NCBI GenBank assembly: GCA_017645925.1 | Contig: JAGCNN010000073.1 | Coordinates: forward strand, 1 to 51,285 | DNA length: 51,285 bases | Origin: Bacteroidales bacterium | Lineage (GTDB): Bacteria; Bacteroidota; Bacteroidia; Bacteroidales; ML635J-15 | Direction of reading: 5' to 3' | Shown: piece by piece, positions 1-7,849 of the stretch | Numbering within the stretch: the stretch's first letter is position 1 | How the letters are laid out: each line of letters opens with the position of its first letter | Notes under the pieces: generated by a model | Database searches by the model: none | What the model was told of the DNA's origin: nothing | What the model saw: only the letters and a program-made list of their open reading frames with translations | Made by a program: the position numbers and the translations under genes

Positions 1-268
1 GAACGTTGCTTGTGAGTTCACTTGTCCGAAACTTTCTCACGAAACGAAGTGAGTAATCTGTTCTCTAATAATACGTTAACAGATTACGGACAGCAGTCTT
101 CACAACGCTCCCCGTTCCGTATCGCGTGTTACGACTAGCTTCCGTACCTTTAGCTCACGCAGCGAAGCAAGTAAATGACAATCCCCTTTTTTAGTATTGT
201 CTCATAAATACTTGATAACATTATATTTACGTGTATTATTCTATTTTTTAGCGGACACTAATAAAAGG
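1..268 (+). repeat. Copy A of a ~300-nt noncoding repeat family (left end cut by window edge)
   Basis: Collinear with 4379-4670. Identical blocks of 24 nt (37-60 = 4416-4439), 23 nt (65-87 = 4444-4466), 19 nt (107-125 = 4511-4529) and 35 nt (147-181 = 4551-4585), with patchy identity beyond. Stops in all frames. Confidence 0.85.
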
Positions 269-321
269 AAATATTTCTGCCTCCGATTTCTATTGAAACA
301 CAAAAATTTGAGAAGCCTCCC

Positions 322-1605
322 CTACTTCGTATAAAACTCTATCATTCTAACTATCGCCATCTTGCATACTGGACAAAACTCCTCACATTGGAAATGGTTC
401 ATAAGGCAATCCTGCATTGGACGATAGAAATCCTTGCTCATGTAGCCTGCACCTTCATAAACACCAACCTTGTCCTTGTACTCGGCTGTTGCAGGCGTTG
501 GAATTGGAGTGCCAGGCTCTATCATGTCCTTCCACTTCACATCAAAGTTGACCAAAGTGGTAACATTCGGATCTGCCGGCTCAAGTTTCTTGTTGTAGAA
601 ATCGTTGTACTCGGCACCACCTACATATTCATCGCCAAGTCCAGCAAAGCCGTGACCGAACTCATGCACAATGATTTTTCCTGCCATCCTATTGGAATTC
701 ACCCCTGTACAATACCAGTTGTAAATTCCGCCGCCGCCATATTTCGTACTGTTTACAAGAATATATATCTGGTCGTAAGGAGCATTTGCGGCAACATCGC
801 GCAAGGTCTTGTTGTCGGTTGTCATAAGGTAGCGCTCGCTGCCAAGCGACCAGTACGAACAACTTACTACGGTATTCTTCCATATCCCACGGCAAGGCTC
901 GTCAACACCCGATTCCTCTGACGGTGCAAGAACTGCATGAATATTAAAGTCGTCCTTATGTGAAGTGTATGGCTCATAATTGAAAAATTCGTTCTTGAAC
1001 TTCTCGCAGTCCTTCTTGAACAACGACATCTGCGAAGCCGTATAGCCATCGGGAACAATCACAATATCAACCTTGTGCGAAGCATCTCCGTTTCCTCCCT
1101 TATGCACTTCGTACACAGGCAGCTTGTGGCGGTTGTCATGCTTAACCAAGCATTTGTCGGAAGGGTCAATGCCGTAACGGTATTTTTCAACATATTCGCC
1201 TGTATCAAAAGACTTTGTGCAGAACACAACGGTAACAGGGTTCTTTGGATACGGAAACACCACCGATTCCGAAAAGCTCTTTTGCACCGACTTAGCCTCG
1301 TCAACAGTCTGCCATTCGCCAAACAAAGTAGAATACGACCGGCTGTAAATCATGGTTCCAGAAGCCTTGTCAAGAACTTTCACAAGATATTTTCCAAATT
1401 TCGTCTCATCAATAAGATTAAGCCTCGAACCACCCCAGTAGGGCTCGGCTATAACCTCATCAATAAAATACGTATCCGTCTGGTAATCACCTGCATGATA
1501 ATAATCTACACGCATAGTACCGTTCTCAAAATACTTGTCGAACTGCGCCGAAGCAAAAATTGGCGTCACCAATATCAATATTGCAACTATCTTTCTCATA
1601 TACAT
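322..1605 (-). CDS. Secreted zinc metallopeptidase, IgA-peptidase M64 family
   Basis: 427-aa ORF with a signal peptide (MRKIVAILILVTPIFASAQ). HExxH sits in M64-type context VHEFGHGFAGLGDEY. An alternative ATG at 1599 makes an ATGA overlap with the upstream stop. Confidence 0.85.
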   Translation of the reverse strand: MYMRKIVAILILVTPIFASAQFDKYFENGTMRVDYYHAGDYQTDTYFIDEVIAEPYWGGSRLNLIDETKFGKYLVKVLDKASGTMIYSRSYSTLFGEWQTVDEAKSVQKSFSESVVFPYPKNPVTVVFCTKSFDTGEYVEKYRYGIDPSDKCLVKHDNRHKLPVYEVHKGGNGDASHKVDIVIVPDGYTASQMSLFKKDCEKFKNEFFNYEPYTSHKDDFNIHAVLAPSEESGVDEPCRGIWKNTVVSCSYWSLGSERYLMTTDNKTLRDVAANAPYDQIYILVNSTKYGGGGIYNWYCTGVNSNRMAGKIIVHEFGHGFAGLGDEYVGGAEYNDFYNKKLEPADPNVTTLVNFDVKWKDMIEPGTPIPTPATAEYKDKVGVYEGAGYMSKDFYRPMQDCLMNHFQCEEFCPVCKMAIVRMIEFYTK

Positions 1606-2276
1606 TGAGTTTTATATTCTTCTGTAAAAACAAACCTGACAGATTTCTCGTCCATTTCAATTTCAACTACGCGCATCAGCATGAGGTTCACAAGCACATC
1701 CTCGACACTGCGCACCGACATTCCCGTAAAATGAACAATAAAATCCTTTGTAACAAAACCACTTATGCGAATTTCGTCAACTATAAGCTTCATCACATCG
1801 TCGTAAAACAAATCCGACGGCACAAAACTTTTCGACAGCCGCCAATAGCGGACAAGTTCGGGCGGAGCAAGCACATTTTTATCGGCACAGCGTACAAAAG
1901 CCCTCATGTCGCCACGCACATCGGGAGCATAATGCGGAAGCTTTTCGCTTGGCGCAACAACGACCTCCAACACGGTCTTACCCTCAATCACATGATTTAC
2001 AGTTGAATACTCCACCACGGGATAAGTATAAAGCATAGCGGCTGTTTCTATCATGTAACATTCCTCATCAGAGCTTACACCGGCAATGCTTCCATTGTCG
2101 CGCACACCAATGAGCAACGAACCGCCATCGGTATTGGCGTATGCAGCAAGCGAACGGGCAATTTTCCCCGAATCGCTTATGCAATGCTTGAAATCAAGAT
2201 GCAAGCCCTCACCTTCGGCAATGCGTTCAAGAAGCTCGTTTCGCTGGTTATTTGCAGACAACAAAGTAAATATCAA
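1596..2276 (-). CDS. AlbA_2 / Schlafen-like (divergent AAA-4) putative DNA-binding protein
   Basis: 226-aa ORF with no signal peptide. The N-terminal EGEGLHLDFKH...YANTDGGSLLIGVRDNGSIAGV resembles the AlbA_2 domain signature. Confidence 0.7.
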   Translation of the reverse strand: MIFTLLSANNQRNELLERIAEGEGLHLDFKHCISDSGKIARSLAAYANTDGGSLLIGVRDNGSIAGVSSDEECYMIETAAMLYTYPVVEYSTVNHVIEGKTVLEVVVAPSEKLPHYAPDVRGDMRAFVRCADKNVLAPPELVRYWRLSKSFVPSDLFYDDVMKLIVDEIRISGFVTKDFIVHFTGMSVRSVEDVLVNLMLMRVVEIEMDEKSVRFVFTEEYKTQCI

Positions 2277-2297
2277 TCAGTTGTTCAAAAACTTATA

Positions 2298-2993
2298 TCA
2301 AAGGTTCAAAGTTGACACATCTGCCAAGCTCCAGTCTATTGGGGCAATACCATGAGCATTAAGGTAATTGTTTGTCTGCGAAAAATGCTTGCAGCCGAAG
2401 AATCCACTGTTTGCACTAAAAGGAGACGGATGTGCAGCCGTCAACACAAGATGCTTATTATGGTCGATGAGTGCGGATTTTGCCTTGGCGTAATTGCCCC
2501 ACAAAAGGAAAACAAGGTTGTCCTTCTGCTCGCTAAGTATCGATATAACCCTGTCGGTAAACCTCTCCCACCCGTGGTTCTGATGCGAACCTGCCTGATG
2601 TGCACGAACGGTAAGCGTAGCGTTGAGTAGGAAAACACCCTGCTCTGCCCAATGCGTCAGATTGCCATGGTTAGGAATGCGGAAACCGATGTCATCCTTC
2701 AGTTCCTTGTAGATATTCTGCAACGACTTGGGAATCTGCACGCCATACTGCACCGAGAAGCACAATCCGTGAGCAAATCCGGGCGTATGGTACGGATCCT
2801 GACCAAGAATCACCACCTTCACCTTGTCGAAAGGCGTAGTGTCAAACGCGTTGAATATCTGGCTCCCAGGAGGATATATAACATATTGCTTCTTTTCCTC
2901 GACAAGGAAATTCTTCAGTTCAGAAAAATAATCGCTCGCAAATTCGCCCTGCAAGCGCTCATACCATGAATCATCAATCTTTACCGTCTTCAT
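2298..2993 (-). CDS. ung: Uracil-DNA glycosylase (family 1)
   Basis: Motifs ILGQDPYH, GLCFSV and AAHPSPFSA. I chose the start at internal ATG 2993 (MKTVKIDDSWY...) rather than the ORF-track start at 3032. Confidence 0.9.
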   Translation of the reverse strand: MKTVKIDDSWYERLQGEFASDYFSELKNFLVEEKKQYVIYPPGSQIFNAFDTTPFDKVKVVILGQDPYHTPGFAHGLCFSVQYGVQIPKSLQNIYKELKDDIGFRIPNHGNLTHWAEQGVFLLNATLTVRAHQAGSHQNHGWERFTDRVISILSEQKDNLVFLLWGNYAKAKSALIDHNKHLVLTAAHPSPFSANSGFFGCKHFSQTNNYLNAHGIAPIDWSLADVSTLNL

Positions 2994-3711
2994 CAGAATA
3001 ATACATTTTGTCGAGAGCTTCCTTGTCAACATGTTTCTCGTTGGTTACAAATATGCTCTGTTTAACAAAACCACCATATTGGTTCACCTCGTCAATTATG
3101 CTCTGCACCAAGGCAACCACATCTTCGTACAATGGCACCAAAGCCGTGCATACCGCGTAATTCTCAATGTATTGCAAATCCTCACAAACAGAATCGAACT
3201 TTTCAAGATAGTATTTTGTCTCGTTGGCAATTACCTTCTTGTGGAAATCGGTGAAATCGGCCTTTTCCACGCCAAAAATGGCAAAAACATACCTCAGCCT
3301 ATGATTTTTTCCACCAAGTCCCGATGCCACATAAATCTTCGACTCATCAAGCAACGACGATTCAAGGAACATTTGGCACTGCTGGCACGACAGCAAAGCC
3401 CATTTCTTAATGTCGTCATCACAATCTACAAGATACTGTTCCAAAAAACGGTATGCCTCTATTTCGCCTGTTACAGCCAGCGAAACCAACAGTCGCTTAC
3501 GCGAATCAAGGTCTTCGCTTGTTAGCAATTCGTTGATAATGGCAGGAATCTGCTTGTCGAGGTCGCGTTCGCCCAACTTCTGCATAAGCGCATAGTACTC
3601 AAGCTGCACATCTGCATCCACATTAGTTTCTACAATCCTAATCTTTTCAGGATTCTTCAACGCAATTTCGCGTATCTTCTCAAGCATCTTCCACTGCTTA
3701 TCCTCAGCCAC
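2974..3711 (-). CDS. Hypothetical cytoplasmic protein (helical N-half, acidic tail)
   Basis: 245-aa ORF with coding-like composition. It lies 5 nt after the FKBP gene and overlaps the ung start by 20 nt. I recognise no motif. Confidence 0.6.
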   Translation of the reverse strand: MAEDKQWKMLEKIREIALKNPEKIRIVETNVDADVQLEYYALMQKLGERDLDKQIPAIINELLTSEDLDSRKRLLVSLAVTGEIEAYRFLEQYLVDCDDDIKKWALLSCQQCQMFLESSLLDESKIYVASGLGGKNHRLRYVFAIFGVEKADFTDFHKKVIANETKYYLEKFDSVCEDLQYIENYAVCTALVPLYEDVVALVQSIIDEVNQYGGFVKQSIFVTNEKHVDKEALDKMYYSDEDGKD

Positions 3712-3716
3712 AACAA

Positions 3717-4181
3717 CTACTTTTTATTCCTAACATCAATAATCTTACCTATAAAATATAGGTCTTCGCCTGCATATATCGGATTGAAGTCCAAAACTAC
3801 ATGGTCATCGGTAATTTCATTTACGACAGCGTTCATCACTATGCCGTCCTCGTCCTCCATGGGTACAATGTCGCCTTCCTCGGGCATATCCTCGGCACCA
3901 GTCTCATCGATGAACTCCGACTTAGGAAAACCGATGAACAAATCCTCGTCAATGTCGCCGTAGGCTTCATCCTTAGGAATCATAAACTTGAATTCCTGTC
4001 CGGGTTCCATTCCGACAAGTTTTGCCTCCATAGGCTCCAAAAGTTCACCAGCGCCACATTCAAATTCAATGCAGCCAGAACCGTCTTCTTCGTTCTTCGT
4101 TGTATATGCAAGTTCCTTATTATAACCATCAAGGAACAAGTCGTAAGCGACTTTTACCAACTTTCCTTCTGCTACTTTCAT
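3717..4181 (-). CDS. FKBP-type peptidyl-prolyl cis-trans isomerase (SlyD-like)
   Basis: 154-aa ORF. The N-terminus KVAEGKLVKVAYDLFLDG and a central insert-in-flap-like segment ending in ...EAYGDIDEDL fit short SlyD-type FKBPs. Confidence 0.75.
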   Translation of the reverse strand: MKVAEGKLVKVAYDLFLDGYNKELAYTTKNEEDGSGCIEFECGAGELLEPMEAKLVGMEPGQEFKFMIPKDEAYGDIDEDLFIGFPKSEFIDETGAEDMPEEGDIVPMEDEDGIVMNAVVNEITDDHVVLDFNPIYAGEDLYFIGKIIDVRNKK

Positions 4182-4378
4182 ATTGAAAAATTTAAAATTG
4201 TAATTTTAGTAATAAAAATTGGAACGGCAAAGAGATATTTTATTTTTTATTGTCAGCTAAACCCTTTCTAGTCATCCGTAAAACAAAGCGAACCTTCCGT
4301 AAGCCGAAAGCAAAGCAAAACAAACGGAGGACTTTTGCTCTGCTAAGGCGAGGAAGCTCTGTGAAACAAACCGACTAA

Positions 4379-4670
4379 GGAACGTGTCGTGTGAGCCTGT
4401 CTGTACGGAACTCTTTCACGAAACGAAGTGAGTAATCTGCTCACTAATAATACGTTAACAGATTACTTCGTGAGGTTGCAAGCAACGTTCCGGACAACCG
4501 ATTTCACACTGCTCCCCGTTCCGTATCGCAGGTTCAATCAGGTTTCCGAACCTTTAGCTCACGCAGCGAAGCAAGTAAATGACAAGCCCGCATATTTATA
4601 TTAGCACACAAATACCTGATAATGTTACAAATACACATACTATTCCAATTCTTATCGGACAACAATAAAG
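4379..4670 (+). repeat. Copy B of the ~300-nt noncoding repeat family
   Basis: See copy A. It carries an extra 25 nt (4467-4491) that is the near reverse complement of the element's own 5' end. The internal 8-bp stem gtaatctg/cagattac (4432-4439 / 4459-4466) is conserved in both copies. Confidence 0.85.
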
Positions 4671-4681
4671 AACTACAAACC

Positions 4682-4730
4682 TTGAGTTTCAGCCAAAATC
4701 GGAAAAATATTACAATTTTGGCTGAAACTC
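4682..4730. other. Perfect 17-bp stem / 15-nt loop hairpin
   Basis: tgagtttcagccaaaat (4682-4698) is the exact reverse complement of attttggctgaaactca (4714-4730). Confidence 0.9.
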
Positions 4731-4805
4731 AGACCGCACAACAAACAAAAAAACAGCAGCCAGCATTAGCCAACTGCCGTGTTAGGAATTTGATTATTAA
4801 ACAAT

Positions 4806-4835
4806 TGTAGCGGCGCAATGCATTGCGCCGCTACA
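4806..4835. repeat. 30-nt perfect GC-rich palindrome (REP-like; possible terminator of the 4859-6508 gene)
   Basis: tgtagcggcgcaatgcattgcgccgctaca is its own reverse complement and lies 24 nt past the stop at 4859. A partial second copy is at 31995-32018. Confidence 0.85.
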
Positions 4836-4858
4836 GATTATTCATTCAATCGTAAATT

Positions 4859-6508
4859 CTATTGGCAAACAGCGCGCACGGTTAGACCATAGTAGTGGTA
4901 TCCGTAGTTGCTCAGCCAACACCCGTCCGAGTCGACTTCCGCGAGCGACTGGCACGAACTCAACCAGTAGCGGCCGACGTAAGTGTCCTGACTGAGACCA
5001 CTTTCATCGCGGCTACCAGCGGCAGGCAGGAAGATGGAGTTGCCGTTGGGTCCAGTGATTTCTATTCCTTTTACCCTGCTCTTGGTTTTCCACTTCCATG
5101 TGCAGTTGTTTCTCAGTTCAACGAACTCATCTTCTGTAGGCATACGCCAGCCTTCGCCCCAATTTGATGTGGCTGCATCGTCAGTCGATGGAAGCGTATC
5201 TGGATTGTCGGAATATGTATAATTGCCTTCGGTATATGAACTTTTGGTGGTAGTTTCGCCCCAAGCATAGTAATTACCGTAGTCCGTAGGTTGGCTTGCA
5301 CCAACATTGCAAGTTGCCCATTTCAGTCTGCTCGGCAAGCCTAGGTCAACCCAGTCGTGTCCGTTCAATTGCCCATTGGAACCGTTACTAGAATTACCAC
5401 CTCTTAATGTTGCAATAAAATCCTTCGCCGCTTTTTTCATATTTGTTACATCAGAGCCAAGCGAACTTGAGCAGTCGAGAACAAGGAATATAGCGGCACT
5501 GCTTTTCTCGGTGGTAACTTCTACATTTGCTCCGCCGTCAAACTCCGAGTTTATCTGCCATTGACCAGTGCCGTCTAGAATCCACTCCTTTACCTTGTCG
5601 GTTGGAACAGTATTGCCATCGGGCAGCGAAATACCTCTAAAATCGTATGAATACCAGTAATTGTCGTTTGTCGTTCCCATAATTGTTGTCTGATTACCAG
5701 AAATACCATGGTAAACAATGTTCTTTATTTCGGGATTGCTCTTTGCACCAAACTGAAAATCAATGTACATTTGCGAATTGCTTGCATCAGCAGGAGAATT
5801 AGTGCCGACATCAAATGTAAACCTCAACTGCTGGTTTTTTTCGGGAAGAGGAATTGACAATGCCAGCGACTGTGAAACATTCTCCTTGTAAAGTGAGGAG
5901 GCAATCTGCTTGAATTTCTCGTTTACTTCCGCCATATTTGCCACAAGCATTGCATTTTCGGCACTGCTCGAAAGTTTCAATAGGTCGTTGCGGAACTTTT
6001 CCTCGTCGCCCACATCATCGCCTTTCATACCTATGCAGTAGGCATTTATCTGTAGGTTGTGCGCCTTTTCGTTTTGAATACGATTGCTTATCGCCTGTAT
6101 GTATTCATCGCCACTATCATATTCACTTTCACCGTATGAACCAAGGTCAAGACCATCGGTAAAGGTTATAATTGACACGTTGCGCAAATCATCTGGCAAA
6201 GAAGCCGCCTTCACATCATCAATTGCAACCCTAACGGCATGATACAACTTAGTTCCGTTACTTACCGCAAGTCCGTCAATAAAAGACTCAAACTCAGTCT
6301 GTGTTCCAGAATTAAGAAGTCGCATTTTCTTCATTTTCTTACCTTTTCCTGCCGTGTACTCGGTAATCTTATCGTTAAATCCAATTATGCCGACATAAAT
6401 ACCTGGATCACCATCCTTGCCCTCGTCATCATCCTTCTTGCAACCACTAACAGCCATCATTCCCAATAAGGAAACGATTGCCAACAATAAAAATAAATTT
6501 TTCTTCAT
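4859..6508 (-). CDS. Surface lipoprotein with vWA-like domain and C-terminal FISUMP/DUF1566-like domain
   Basis: Start moved to ATG 6508 (MKKNLFLLLAIVSLLGMMAVSGC lipobox, then acidic KKDDDEG). vWA/MIDAS pieces are IITFTDG and VLDCSSSLG. The C-terminus has WATCNVGA...YYAWGE...GWRMPTEDEF...FLPAAG...YWLSS. Confidence 0.8.
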   Translation of the reverse strand: MKKNLFLLLAIVSLLGMMAVSGCKKDDDEGKDGDPGIYVGIIGFNDKITEYTAGKGKKMKKMRLLNSGTQTEFESFIDGLAVSNGTKLYHAVRVAIDDVKAASLPDDLRNVSIITFTDGLDLGSYGESEYDSGDEYIQAISNRIQNEKAHNLQINAYCIGMKGDDVGDEEKFRNDLLKLSSSAENAMLVANMAEVNEKFKQIASSLYKENVSQSLALSIPLPEKNQQLRFTFDVGTNSPADASNSQMYIDFQFGAKSNPEIKNIVYHGISGNQTTIMGTTNDNYWYSYDFRGISLPDGNTVPTDKVKEWILDGTGQWQINSEFDGGANVEVTTEKSSAAIFLVLDCSSSLGSDVTNMKKAAKDFIATLRGGNSSNGSNGQLNGHDWVDLGLPSRLKWATCNVGASQPTDYGNYYAWGETTTKSSYTEGNYTYSDNPDTLPSTDDAATSNWGEGWRMPTEDEFVELRNNCTWKWKTKSRVKGIEITGPNGNSIFLPAAGSRDESGLSQDTYVGRYWLSSCQSLAEVDSDGCWLSNYGYHYYGLTVRAVCQ

Positions 6509-6802
6509 TGTAAATATAATTTTCTCTGCCCACCAGCACCTCACGAGCAATTTTACAAAATAGAAGCGTGGCACTGATATACCACTTCTTTTTGTAGAGG
6601 TCCTGAGAATTACCGTTAAAGGAAGAAATTGCAATCAATCCACGCATAAAGCGCGAACCATTTACACTCTCTTGCCTTTAGTTAGAAATTTCTCAGGTTT
6701 CTACAAACAAGACGAGCATAACGCTTCGTTAATCAATATGTACGACTTGGTTCATCACCAAACCAAGTGCAAAAATAAGAATAGGAAACGATTTGGCAAA
6801 AT

Positions 6803-7810
6803 TTATTTTTCGGATTGCTTTTCAATATGCCTTTTCCAGAAATCCCTTGTCATAAACATCCGCGCGAACTTTTTGTCATCCAACTTTTTTGTAACCAATA
6901 CGAAAACAAATGTTACAGCAAATGCAAAAATAGCCCTTACCACAATAACGCCAGTCCAATGTGCACCAGCCGAAATTATAAGTATCGTATCCTCGAATAT
7001 GCTGTGGAAAAGTCCCATAAGTGTCATCGAAAAGAAAATATCCTTTGGGCGAACCTTAATTTTTGTGCTTTCATCCACAATAAGCCCGCCACCGTATGCA
7101 AGTCCCATCGTCATGCCAATTACCGTAAGCGGCAACATTTGTTCACTGATTCCAAGCCATCCGAGCAAGGGCAAAAACAACTTGTTGATAAACTTCATAA
7201 AACCAATTACTTCCAGCAGCCGCACAAACACCACGAGGGCAAATATTACCGATATTATCAGTCCGTAGTTTTTCAATTCGTTCAGCGCCCACTCGCCCCA
7301 TCCAAGATGCCCCGGCACAAGGAATTCCGGCATTTCAACCGACTGTTGCAATGTCCCAGTAAGCGAATAAATTCCGTTGAGAATAGCACCGAGGGCAATT
7401 GCTCCAAGAAAACGAATAAGGAACATTATCCAGAACTTAACACCAGTTTTCTTTGCAATGCCAACCTCCACAGGAAAATTGTGCGCCACTATTACCATCG
7501 TGAGCAAAATGGTAAGTTGCGAATGAGTAAGCGGCTCGTTTAGAGAAGGATAAATGGAAAACAACGACAGCAGTCCGCCATAAATGTTGACCACCATTGC
7601 CGACAGCCACACAATGGCGGTTTCGGCAGGAAGTCCGACCAATCCCATAACAGGCTCAAGCACACCACTTATGTACGGCAAGACACCAAATTCTTGAATC
7701 AAGCGTATCACAATCGACACGGGAATCATCAGCTTGAATAGAATCCAGCACGACGATGCGGTACGCTTTAGGCAATACTTGAAAAAATCAACAATCTTGC
7801 TTGCCTTCAC
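6803..7810 (-). CDS. Nucleoside-recognition (Gate) domain membrane protein
   Basis: 335-aa polytopic ORF. FKLMIPVSIVIRLIQEFGVLPYI...GLPAETAIVWLSAMVVNIYGG resembles FeoB-gate/nucleoside recognition domains. It starts 39 nt after the dnaX stop. Confidence 0.7.
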   Translation of the reverse strand: MKASKIVDFFKYCLKRTASSCWILFKLMIPVSIVIRLIQEFGVLPYISGVLEPVMGLVGLPAETAIVWLSAMVVNIYGGLLSLFSIYPSLNEPLTHSQLTILLTMVIVAHNFPVEVGIAKKTGVKFWIMFLIRFLGAIALGAILNGIYSLTGTLQQSVEMPEFLVPGHLGWGEWALNELKNYGLIISVIFALVVFVRLLEVIGFMKFINKLFLPLLGWLGISEQMLPLTVIGMTMGLAYGGGLIVDESTKIKVRPKDIFFSMTLMGLFHSIFEDTILIISAGAHWTGVIVVRAIFAFAVTFVFVLVTKKLDDKKFARMFMTRDFWKRHIEKQSEK

Positions 7811-7849
7811 GATTCAATTAATTATATGGTATGGTGCAGGAAAGGAAAA

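Noticed and set aside
4526-4552. tRNA T-loop-like ggttcaatc in repeat copy B
   Set aside because: There is no complementary T-stem, no acceptor or anticodon arms, and the segment is not conserved in copy A.
4622-4810. 62-aa plus-strand ORF in the long gap
   Set aside because: It runs through the 17-bp hairpin and an A-rich tract up to the edge of the palindrome. It has no promoter box and a low-complexity product.
6509-6634. N-terminal extensions in the ORF track (6634, 3032, 16162, 16671, 20880, 22239, 32236, 34311, 36590)
   Set aside because: The internal starts expose signal peptides or canonical N-termini. The extensions overlap upstream genes or promoter boxes, and at least three (20880, 22239, 32236) begin at TTG.
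6672-7543. 198-aa and 242-aa plus-strand ORFs overlapping the 6803-7810 membrane-protein gene
   Set aside because: The minus-strand frame encodes a coherent polytopic protein with a Gate-domain-like motif. The plus-strand products look like antisense artefacts.
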